A stretch of 64,000 nt of DNA from Bacteroidota bacterium (lineage in GTDB: Bacteria; Bacteroidota; Bacteroidia; Cytophagales; UBA9547). Positions 56,690 through 64,000 of the stretch are shown in pieces. The stretch lies in assembly GCA_033763735.1 (NCBI GenBank), contig JANRJY010000025.1, forward strand, positions 9,917 through 73,916, in the 5' to 3' direction. The notes beneath the pieces are model-generated. The model was given only the letters and a program-made list of their open reading frames with translations. It did not search any database and was not told the DNA's origin. Position 1 is the stretch's first letter; each line of letters begins with the position of its first letter. A program made the translations under genes and the position numbers.

Positions 56690-57727
56690 ATGTTAGCATA
56701 TTTTAAAATTTGTATTTTATTTTTTATTATAATAATGCAATCTTTTAATTCAGTAGCACATACACAATCTGATTCACTTGGAACTTTATTTATTTATTTC
56801 AATGGTGAATATAATGGGAAAACAAGAGGATTCCCTTTGTATTTAAATGACACTTTGATTGGATATATAAAAGAAGGTGTAAAATTTCGAATTCCTACTA
56901 ATCCCGGAAGAATTTCTTTATTAGGCAAAACATGGCTTAACTCTAAAATTTATCTCAAAGTTGAAAGTAGAAAAGAATATTATTTTAAATGCCAACTTGA
57001 TAATGAGGGAGCATCTCCCAGGCCAGAAATCATTTTACAAGATTCTATAAATGGCAAAATAGAATATGAAGCCATATCATACGAAAAAGATAAAATTTTA
57101 GCGATTGAGAATGATGACGTTAGTGTTTCCTATTTTCAAAAAAAACAAGAATCATACAATTCTTTTAAAGAACCTAAAGGTGAAACCGTTACAATAAATA
57201 AGCCTCTCAAAATGTATATTGGAGGCTCAAGCGGGATCAATAACATCAGTGGAATAATAGGTCCAACGTTTGAATATTTCTTTTCAAAAAAATGGACTGC
57301 GATATCTGGTTTCGGAATTGGATCCTGGGGATTAAAATTTTCTGCCGGTACCAGGTTTTACTTTACTCCACCACACAAATCATCAATTAATATATTTTAT
57401 ACTTATGTAACCGGAATTAAAAATATTACCCAAACAGCTGAAGTTCAATCTGTTTCAGGAATGAATAACACTATTGTTGAAAAGCAAGTTTTGGTAGATT
57501 TACTTCCTTTTCATGTATTTAGCTTAAGTTACGTTTATCATTATAAAATTGCTGGTCCTGTTAGAGGGTATTTTGAAATAGGCTATCCGATTTCATTTCC
57601 TGCTTTGGGGAAAGTTATTGAGGTGAAAGATGGGTCTGTTTTGACTTTGGATGGCAGAAATTCAATTGAAAGGTGGCAACCTGGAACTTTCATTATAATA
57701 GGATTCGGATTCAATGTGGGTTTTTAA
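56690..57727 (+). CDS. Hypothetical secreted/outer-membrane protein
   Basis: MLAYFKICILFFIIIMQSFNSVAHT signal-like start; the track ORF uses a TTG at 56672. The C-terminal half is rich in Gly and aromatic beta-strand-like segments and ends FGFNVGF. Confidence 0.45.
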   Translation: MLAYFKICILFFIIIMQSFNSVAHTQSDSLGTLFIYFNGEYNGKTRGFPLYLNDTLIGYIKEGVKFRIPTNPGRISLLGKTWLNSKIYLKVESRKEYYFKCQLDNEGASPRPEIILQDSINGKIEYEAISYEKDKILAIENDDVSVSYFQKKQESYNSFKEPKGETVTINKPLKMYIGGSSGINNISGIIGPTFEYFFSKKWTAISGFGIGSWGLKFSAGTRFYFTPPHKSSINIFYTYVTGIKNITQTAEVQSVSGMNNTIVEKQVLVDLLPFHVFSLSYVYHYKIAGPVRGYFEIGYPISFPALGKVIEVKDGSVLTLDGRNSIERWQPGTFIIIGFGFNVGF

Positions 57728-57866
57728 ACTAAATGGGGTTGGTAATGGTTATTAAAGTATTAATATTCCAAATTTTATTACAAGCCCAATTTAACTTACA
57801 ACATCTTATCAATAAGTTACGTATTCTTATACTTAATAGTAAATTGCAGTCAAATTAGGGTAAAAA

Positions 57867-58742
57867 GTGAAAATCATTTTAAACAAATTATTTCTAAGTT
57901 TTTTATTATTAATTCAATTCTCTTTTACACAACCGGACGCTAATACTTATTATGAATCCGGAGTAAAAAGCATTAAATCAAAGGATTATATTAAGGCCAT
58001 TGGTGATTTTACTAATGCAGTCTCAATGAGGGCTAATTATGCCGAAGCCTATTTGCAAAGAGCCAAAGCAAAAATACTCTTAGGGGAGCAAATGGGTTTC
58101 GTTAATTCTGAAGCCTGTGGTGACTTGGTAATGGCAATGCGATATGGGAACAAAGAAGCAGTCGATTTATTAGAAAAAAATTGTATGGGTGAATGCTTTG
58201 ATTCAAAGCTTGCATTTGATGAACCTGATATGGTATATTGCGGAGACTTTAGTAACAAAGTGCTATACGAAATTCCAACTGATGTTTCTAAGCTTGTTAA
58301 TGTTGTCAAAATCAGCTTATTCAATAATAAGCTTACAAAATTATCCGAAAGAATTTCTCCACTTTATACTTTAATTTCGCTCGATGTTAGCAGCAACAAA
58401 ATCACAGAAGTTTCTCCTGAAATTTCTAAATTAAATGCACTTCGCGAATTAAATCTAAGTAAAAATCTTATCACAGAATTACCATATGAATTTGGAAATC
58501 TGACCGAACTGCGATTCCTTAATTTAAGAAGTAATATGCTTGCCCAATTGCCTAAATCAGTAGCACGATGCAAGAATTTACAAGTTTTGGATTTGTCTTT
58601 GAACAAACTTACTACACTACCCATTGAAGTGGCAACCATGAAATCCTTAAAAGAATTGAATTTAGTGGGAAACGATATTCCCAAAGACAAACAGGCTGTT
58701 ATTTCTTCTCTCCTCCCAAATACCAAAATATATTTCGAATAA
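57867..58742 (+). CDS. Secreted TPR + leucine-rich-repeat protein
   Basis: GTG start with a signal-like N-terminus. TPR-like YYESGVKSIKSKDYIKAIGDFTNAV...AEAYLQRAKA, then about six ~23-residue LRRs (LxxLxLxxNxLxxLP). Confidence 0.7.
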   Translation: MKIILNKLFLSFLLLIQFSFTQPDANTYYESGVKSIKSKDYIKAIGDFTNAVSMRANYAEAYLQRAKAKILLGEQMGFVNSEACGDLVMAMRYGNKEAVDLLEKNCMGECFDSKLAFDEPDMVYCGDFSNKVLYEIPTDVSKLVNVVKISLFNNKLTKLSERISPLYTLISLDVSSNKITEVSPEISKLNALRELNLSKNLITELPYEFGNLTELRFLNLRSNMLAQLPKSVARCKNLQVLDLSLNKLTTLPIEVATMKSLKELNLVGNDIPKDKQAVISSLLPNTKIYFE

Positions 58743-58820
58743 AAATACTGTTTTTTTGTGCTTTTGATTTGCACTCAAATATTTTGTCCTTTCTAAATTC
58801 CAAAATTCAATTTCAGGCAC

Positions 58821-59294
58821 TCATTTTACCCTAATTATCGCATTTTCTTTGTAATTAGCCAAAACAATCATGCTGGTCATATTGCCTATTTCTTCTATTT
58901 GGCTCAATTTTTCCATTAAAAATTTATGATAATTATCTATATCCTCCACCAAAATCTTTACCAAAAAATCTCCAGCTCCCGTAATATGATATACTTCTAA
59001 TATTTCTTCGAGTTTGGTTATTTTTTCTATAAATGTATTGATTTGATTGATTTTGTGACTTGAAATGGTAATCATTAAAAAAACGGTTACACCCAATCCA
59101 AGTTGTTTGGTATTCAGTTCTGCATGATATCCTTTAATTAAACCCGACTGCTCGAGTTTTTTTACCCTCTCTAAAGTAGGAGCTGGCGACAATCCAATAT
59201 CCTTTGCAAGCTGTGAATTAGTAATGTTTCCATCTTTTTGTAAAATTTCTAATATTTTTTTGTCAGTTGTGTCTAACTTTAGGGCTTGGCTCAT
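58821..59294 (-). CDS. lrp: Lrp/AsnC family transcriptional regulator
   Basis: ILEILQKDGNITNSQLAKDIGLSPAPTLERVKKLEQSGLIKGY (wHTH) followed by a RAM domain. Confidence 0.9.
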   Translation of the reverse strand: MSQALKLDTTDKKILEILQKDGNITNSQLAKDIGLSPAPTLERVKKLEQSGLIKGYHAELNTKQLGLGVTVFLMITISSHKINQINTFIEKITKLEEILEVYHITGAGDFLVKILVEDIDNYHKFLMEKLSQIEEIGNMTSMIVLANYKENAIIRVK

Positions 59295-59351
59295 AATTAG
59301 ATTTGAATTATAAAATTGAATCGACCAAAAATAAAATAAAATTTTGTTAAA

Positions 59352-60221
59352 TTGAAAATAAGTAGAATTTCCTTGTTTGTTTTTGCTTTTTTTAAGTTAA
59401 TTAGGGTTAAAAATTTGCTTATTTTAGCATTTACACAATTATGTACCCGTCTTTTTATTATTGGACCTAGGAAATCTTATTCGACTATTTTACTAGAACC
59501 CGAAATATATTATTTAATAATTTCGACTATGTTAGTCGCGGCTGCAGGTTATATAATCAACGATTATTATGATATTAAAATTGATATGATTAACAAACCC
59601 AAACGCGTTGTTTTGGGTAAAACAATTAACAGAAGAATAGGATTACTCATGCACCTTTTGCTAAATACAATTGCAATAGGGATTTCCTTTTTCTTCCTTT
59701 CTTTCAACGTTTCATTGTTTATTATAACTTGCCAATTTTTGCTTTGGATTTATTCTAACTATTTCAAAAGAACACCATTTATAGGTAATATCTTAATATC
59801 ACTTTTAGCTTTTGCATCTCTATTTATTATTGGTTTGTTTTATAAAGATCAAATGAATAAAATTATATTCTTCGGAATTTTTGCATTCATTACCAATTTA
59901 ATAAGAGAAATCATTAAAGATACTGAGGATATTGAAGGAGATAAAACCTATGGAAGCAATACTTTACCCATTCTAATTGGAGTAAAAAAAACAAAAAATG
60001 TACTTTATGCTTTAATATTTATTGAAGTAAGTTTACTTATATATTCTTACTGGCTTATCAATAATCTTCTCTTTGGATTTTTAACAGCATTTGTAATAAT
60101 TCCATTTTTGTACATTTCATATTTAACTTTTAAAGCAGATAATCCTGGTGATTTTTCAAGATTAAGTGCTATTACAAAGGTCATAATGGTTTTTGGAATT
60201 ATGAGTATGGTACTAATTTAA
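59352..60221 (+). CDS. UbiA family aromatic/isoprenoid prenyltransferase
   Basis: NDYYDIKIDMINKPKR (NDxxDxxxD), a second acidic motif KDTEDIEGD, and about 8 TM helices. There is no in-frame ATG before the conserved N-terminus, so the TTG start at 59352 is uncertain. Confidence 0.75.
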   Translation: MKISRISLFVFAFFKLIRVKNLLILAFTQLCTRLFIIGPRKSYSTILLEPEIYYLIISTMLVAAAGYIINDYYDIKIDMINKPKRVVLGKTINRRIGLLMHLLLNTIAIGISFFFLSFNVSLFIITCQFLLWIYSNYFKRTPFIGNILISLLAFASLFIIGLFYKDQMNKIIFFGIFAFITNLIREIIKDTEDIEGDKTYGSNTLPILIGVKKTKNVLYALIFIEVSLLIYSYWLINNLLFGFLTAFVIIPFLYISYLTFKADNPGDFSRLSAITKVIMVFGIMSMVLI

Positions 60222-60226
60222 AACAA

Positions 60227-60814
60227 ATGTCAAAAAAAATTAATATTGCCATATTTGCATCAGGTTCCGGCTCTAATGCAGAAGAATTAATCAAATATTT
60301 TAATTCACATCCTTTAATACAGGTTTCATTAATTTTATCAAATAAGAAAGATGCTTATGTGTTGGAACGAGCAAAAAAATTTGCAATTCCAGCAATAACT
60401 TTCAACAAAGATACCTATTTGAACCCTGATATGTTTTTACCAATTTTAATCAATCAAAAAATCGATTTTATCATTCTGGCAGGATTTTTATGGTTAATAC
60501 CTGAATATTTAGTGAATTTTTATCAAGGCAAAATCATTAATATTCATCCGGCACTTTTACCCAAATTTGGAGGAAAAGGTATGTATGGACGTTATGTACA
60601 TGAGGCAGTAAAACTTTCAAATGAAAAAGAAACCGGAATTACTATTCATTTGGTAAATAAAAATTATGACGAAGGCGACATTGTTTTTCAAGAAAAAGTT
60701 TCCTTAAATCATTCAGACACCCCTGACACAATTGCTTCCAAAGTACACCAATTGGAACACAAATACTATCCAATAATTTCTGAGCAAATTGTAAAAAAAG
60801 TTTTTGGCGTTTGA
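60227..60814 (+). CDS. purN: Phosphoribosylglycinamide formyltransferase
   Basis: IAIFASGSGSNAEELI, INIHPALLPKFGGKGMYG and HLVNKNYDEGDI. Confidence 0.9.
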   Translation: MSKKINIAIFASGSGSNAEELIKYFNSHPLIQVSLILSNKKDAYVLERAKKFAIPAITFNKDTYLNPDMFLPILINQKIDFIILAGFLWLIPEYLVNFYQGKIINIHPALLPKFGGKGMYGRYVHEAVKLSNEKETGITIHLVNKNYDEGDIVFQEKVSLNHSDTPDTIASKVHQLEHKYYPIISEQIVKKVFGV

Positions 60815-60830
60815 TTTTTTACTATATTTG
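60803..60830 (+). promoter_or_regulatory. Candidate promoter for infC-rpmI-rplT
   Basis: TTTG at 60803-60806, a 16-nt spacer, then TATATTTG at 60823-60830 (TAnnTTTG). Confidence 0.4.
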
Positions 60831-60865
60831 CACCCTTATTTTGAGAAAACTAAATATTTACCAAA

Positions 60866-61447
60866 ATCGCACAGCAGTTTAATTCATCAAGTTCGCCTTT
60901 CAGTAGGGGTCCGCGTACATTCAAAAAAGAGGAAGAACCTTATAAGATTAATGATCGCATAAGATCTCCACGAGTAAGGTTAGTAGGTGACAATATTGAA
61001 TCTAGAGTATGCAGTATTGATGAAGCATTGCAGGTTGCGGTGCAGATGGGTTTGGACTTGGTGGAAATTTCACCAACTGCAGATCCACCGGTTTGTAAGA
61101 TTGTAGATTACTCAAAATTTAAATACGAACAAAAAAAGAAACAAAAGGAAATTAAAGCTAAGGCTCAAAAAGCGGTTTTGAAAGAAATTCGCTTTGGACC
61201 TAATACTGATGATCATGATTTTGATTTTAAAGTAAAGCATGCAATTAATTTCTTAAAAGAAGGTTCTAAAGTGAAAGCATATGTGCATTTTGCAGGACGT
61301 TCTATCGTATATAAAGAAAGAGGTGAATTGTTGTTATTAAGGTTCGCACAGTCACTTGAAGAAGTTGGAAAAGTTGAGCAACTCCCCACTTTGGAAGGTA
61401 AAAGAATGCAATTGATGATGATTCCAAAACCGGGAGTTAAAAAATAA
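60866..61447 (+). CDS. infC: Translation initiation factor IF-3, with a non-AUG start (exact start uncertain within 60854-60947)
   Basis: The track ORF (61028) begins mid-protein. The frame is open from the TAA at 60851-60853 and encodes ...[44 protein letters not shown]. This matches the IF3 N-domain, but there is no in-frame ATG, GTG or TTG upstream of it. Candidate starts are ATA at 60854, ATC at 60866 and ATT at 60947. Confidence 0.8.
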   Translation: MAQQFNSSSSPFSRGPRTFKKEEEPYKINDRIRSPRVRLVGDNIESRVCSIDEALQVAVQMGLDLVEISPTADPPVCKIVDYSKFKYEQKKKQKEIKAKAQKAVLKEIRFGPNTDDHDFDFKVKHAINFLKEGSKVKAYVHFAGRSIVYKERGELLLLRFAQSLEEVGKVEQLPTLEGKRMQLMMIPKPGVKK

Positions 61448-61458
61448 ATTTAAGTATC

Positions 61459-61659
61459 ATGCCAAAAGTTAAAACAAATTCGTCGGCTACCAAAAGGTTC
61501 AAAATAACCGGTACAGGAAAGATTAAAAGAAAGCATGCTTTCAAAAATCATATCCTTACCAAAAAGACCACGAAACAAAAAAGACACTTGACCAAAAAAG
61601 GTCTGGTTAGCAAACCTGATATGAATAATATATCAATGCTGCTTAGAGGGTTGGTTTAG
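61459..61659 (+). CDS. rpmI: 50S ribosomal protein L35
   Basis: [36 protein letters not shown]. Confidence 0.95.
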   Translation: MPKVKTNSSATKRFKITGTGKIKRKHAFKNHILTKKTTKQKRHLTKKGLVSKPDMNNISMLLRGLV

Positions 61660-61676
61660 TCACCACCTCAATATTG

Positions 61677-61755
61677 AAGAACATAGTTTGTTCTTTGGTT
61701 CAATTGTTCAACCCGATGTAAGGCAAAAAGTGTAACCGGAGTGTTGCCGTCTTAC
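61677..61755 (+). promoter_or_regulatory. Two stem-loops in the unusually long rpmI-rplT spacer
   Basis: AAGAACA (61677-61683) pairs with TGTTCTT (61689-61695). GTAAGGCA (61718-61725) pairs with TGCcgtCTTAC (61745-61755). Confidence 0.35.
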
Positions 61756-61773
61756 TTCAAAAACTATTAAAAT

Positions 61774-62118
61774 ATGCCACGTTCAGTCAATGCACCCGCG
61801 TCAAGAGCCAGAAGAAAGAAATTCTTAAACATGGCCAAAGGGTATTGGGGAGGTAACAGTCGCCTTTATACCGTTGCTCGTAACAGAGTAGAAAAAGGAT
61901 TAACCTACGCTTATCGCGATAGAAAAGCAAAAAAACGCGAATTCCGTGCTATATGGATTCAAAGGATTAATGCAGCCGTTCGTAACTATGGAATGTCATA
62001 TTCTGTATTTATGGGAAAATTCAACAAATCAGGCTTAGAACTTGATCGTAAAGTACTTGCCGACTTGGCTATGAACCATCCAGAAGCCTTCAAACAAGTA
62101 GTAGACAAAATAAAGTAA
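61774..62118 (+). CDS. rplT: 50S ribosomal protein L20
   Basis: [26 protein letters not shown]... Confidence 0.95.
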   Translation: MPRSVNAPASRARRKKFLNMAKGYWGGNSRLYTVARNRVEKGLTYAYRDRKAKKREFRAIWIQRINAAVRNYGMSYSVFMGKFNKSGLELDRKVLADLAMNHPEAFKQVVDKIK

Positions 62119-62138
62119 GAAGATTTATTATCTTATTT

Positions 62139-62170
62139 AAGAGGGCAATTCACATTGCCCTCTTTTTTTA
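62139..62170 (+). terminator. Rho-independent terminator after rplT
   Basis: AAGAGGGCAAT (62139-62149), loop TCAC, ATTGCCCTCTT (62154-62164), then a T-run. Confidence 0.85.
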
Positions 62171-62171
62171 T

Positions 62172-62798
62172 ATGAATATTTTAGTTGAATCACTGTTTTT
62201 ACCTCCAATTGCCTTTTTTCAAGAAGTTATAAATTTTTCAAAAATTAACATCGAAATACACGAACATTTTCAAAAACAAACCTTTAGAAATCGTTGCTAT
62301 ATTCTCTCCGCTAATGGGCCACAAATACTGACAGTGCCAGTGCACCATTCCGGCAAAATCCATTCAAAAGACATTATTATTGATAACTCACAACGATGGA
62401 ATTCAATAATGTGGAGAAGTGTATGTACTTCATATGGAAATAGCCCTTTTTTTGAACATTATAGAGATGATTTTGAAAAAATTATTTTGACAAAAAATGA
62501 AACATTAGTTGAGTTAAATACTAAATTACTTAAGTTGTGTTTTAAGTTGCTGAATATCAATAATATAATTGAATTCACAACAGAATATGAAAGCCAATGC
62601 GAAATTAATATTAAAGATATTCGTAATAAGTATTTACCTTCTATATTCAAACCCGTATTAACCTCTGAATATAATCACAAGTATTTTCAACAGTTTGGCA
62701 ACATTTTTGTTCTGAATTTATCTATACTTGATTTGTTATTCAATGTTGGAACGAATTCGAGTGAATATTTGTATTATATTTCAAATCAATTCGAATAA
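62172..62798 (+). CDS. WbqC family protein
   Basis: FLPPIAFFQEVINFSKINIEIHEHFQKQTFRNRCYILSANGPQILTVPV matches the WbqC-like family N-terminus. Confidence 0.7.
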   Translation: MNILVESLFLPPIAFFQEVINFSKINIEIHEHFQKQTFRNRCYILSANGPQILTVPVHHSGKIHSKDIIIDNSQRWNSIMWRSVCTSYGNSPFFEHYRDDFEKIILTKNETLVELNTKLLKLCFKLLNINNIIEFTTEYESQCEINIKDIRNKYLPSIFKPVLTSEYNHKYFQQFGNIFVLNLSILDLLFNVGTNSSEYLYYISNQFE

Positions 62799-62887
62799 AT
62801 ATTAAGTTGTTGTTAACAAAGACAAAATAATTTATATATTTAAGTCGAAATATTTGTTGAGATACAGGTCGTTATAAAATTTATATT

Positions 62888-64000
62888 ATGGAAGCAAAGT
62901 TTTCAGAAAAAGTTAAAGAAGTTATCTCATATGCACGTGAGGAAGCATTGCGACTTGGTCACGATTATATAGGTACAGAACATTTAGTTTTGGGAATGAT
63001 TCGTGAAGGCGAAGGAATTGCCTTGGCAATTCTAAAAAAATTAGGTGTGTCAATGGATGAACTCAAAAAAAATATTGAGTTATATACCAAAAAAACGGCA
63101 ACGTTTCATCAGATAAAAAATATTGAACAAATTCCATTGACAAAACAATCGGAAAAAGTGCTCAAAATCACATATTTAGAAGCTAAAGTATTTAAAAGTG
63201 AACTTATTGGTACTGAGCATGTAATGCTTTCAATTTTGAGAGATTCTGAAAACTTGGCAACTCAGATACTTAATAAGTTTGATGTATCGTATGATGTATT
63301 CAAAGAGATGCTTGAATACCACGTTTCAAACCCAACTCCAAAAGCGACTTCCGATACTGATGATCCGGATGATGAAAGTGGCAGAATGTTTTCAGGTCAA
63401 GGTGGTGCTCAGGGACAAGGAGGAAAAGAATCAACTTCAAAGTCACAAGAAAAATCAAGAACTCCGGTTTTAGATAATTTTGGGCGAGATTTAACAAAAA
63501 TTGCAGAAGATGGAAAACTTGATCCAATTATTGGTAGAGAAAAAGAAATTGAACGTGTGGCTCAAATATTGAGTCGAAGAAAGAAAAATAATCCAATACT
63601 TATTGGAGAACCCGGAGTTGGTAAAACAGCAATCGCAGAAGGGTTAGCCCTTAGAATTGTTCAGAAAAAAGTGTCTCGGGTTTTGTTTGGCAAAAGAGTA
63701 ATTACACTTGACTTAGCATCTTTAGTTGCTGGTACCAAGTATCGTGGTCAGTTTGAAGAACGTATGAAAGCGGTCATGAATGAACTTGAAAAATCTCCGG
63801 ATGTAATTTTGTTTATTGATGAATTGCACACCATTGTAGGTGCTGGAGGTGCATCAGGTTCATTGGATGCATCGAACATGTTCAAACCTGCTTTGGCAAG
63901 AGGGGATATTCAATGTATTGGTGCAACAACTTTAGACGAATATCGCCAGTATATCGAAAAAGATGGTGCATTGGCACGTAGGTTCCAAGTAGTAATGGTT
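62888..64000 (+). CDS. clpC: ATP-dependent Clp protease ATP-binding subunit ClpC-like (AAA+), partial: continues beyond the right edge
   Basis: Absent from the ORF track because it has no stop in the window. ATG at 62888. Double Clp_N repeats ([31 protein letters not shown]), a Walker [11 protein letters not shown], and [13 protein letters not shown]. Track ORFs 63279..63473 and 63300..63527 lie inside it in wrong frames. Confidence 0.9.
   Translation, partial: MEAKFSEKVKEVISYAREEALRLGHDYIGTEHLVLGMIREGEGIALAILKKLGVSMDELKKNIELYTKKTATFHQIKNIEQIPLTKQSEKVLKITYLEAKVFKSELIGTEHVMLSILRDSENLATQILNKFDVSYDVFKEMLEYHVSNPTPKATSDTDDPDDESGRMFSGQGGAQGQGGKESTSKSQEKSRTPVLDNFGRDLTKIAEDGKLDPIIGREKEIERVAQILSRRKKNNPILIGEPGVGKTAIAEGLALRIVQKKVSRVLFGKRVITLDLASLVAGTKYRGQFEERMKAVMNELEKSPDVILFIDELHTIVGAGGASGSLDASNMFKPALARGDIQCIGATTLDEYRQYIEKDGALARRFQVVMV

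Noticed and set aside
63279-63527. Two short ORFs, 63279..63473 (+) and 63300..63527 (-)
   Set aside because: Both fall inside the clpC-like gene, which the track misses because it has no stop in the window. They are in wrong frames or on the wrong strand.

Overview
This is a low-GC, Bacteroidota-like chromosomal window. Start codons lack Shine-Dalgarno sequences, some promoters carry TAnnTTTG-type -7 boxes, and one TonB-dependent receptor has a CarboxypepD_reg-type N-terminus.

Positions 1-31.6 kb and 53.5-64 kb hold ordinary housekeeping genes:
- a porin-amt pair
- an aromatic amino-acid block (pheA, an aminotransferase, DAHP synthase/chorismate mutase)
- an M1 aminopeptidase, yidD, a TonB receptor, a bioF-like gene and an M23 peptidase
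- alaS, galE, nuoH, gcvP, alkB, a DEAD-box helicase, a truncated globin and tsf
- TolC, a cupin, a PaaE-like reductase, an Lrp regulator, a UbiA prenyltransferase and purN
- infC-rpmI-rplT, wbqC and a partial clpC

The centre (31.7-53.5 kb) is the unusual part. It holds 20 co-directional, tightly packed genes plus one convergent Wzy_C-like gene, forming a glycan locus. Its components are:
- four large polytopic GT-C-like membrane proteins, including a ~670-aa paralog pair
- two polyprenyl-phosphate-sugar-synthase-like GT2 enzymes and a third GT2
- a small EamA/ArnE-like putative flippase
- a GDP-heptose pathway (gmhA, hddA, hddC)
- two zinc-ribbon C-methyltransferase-type enzymes and two further SAM methyltransferases
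- three SDR sugar-tailoring enzymes

The locus contains no Wzx flippase, no initiating phosphoglycosyltransferase, no Wza/Wzc and no ABC exporter.

Secondary points of interest:
- a minimal protein-kinase-like gene plus a degenerate MNT nucleotidyltransferase directly behind alaS
- related C-poor (G/T/A-rich) 16-nt-period repeat tracts in two intergenic regions
- a non-AUG infC start
- a structured rpmI-rplT spacer

I found no rRNA, tRNA, CRISPR array, transposase or integrase. All calls come from reading the translations and sequence by eye; no searches or computations were run.
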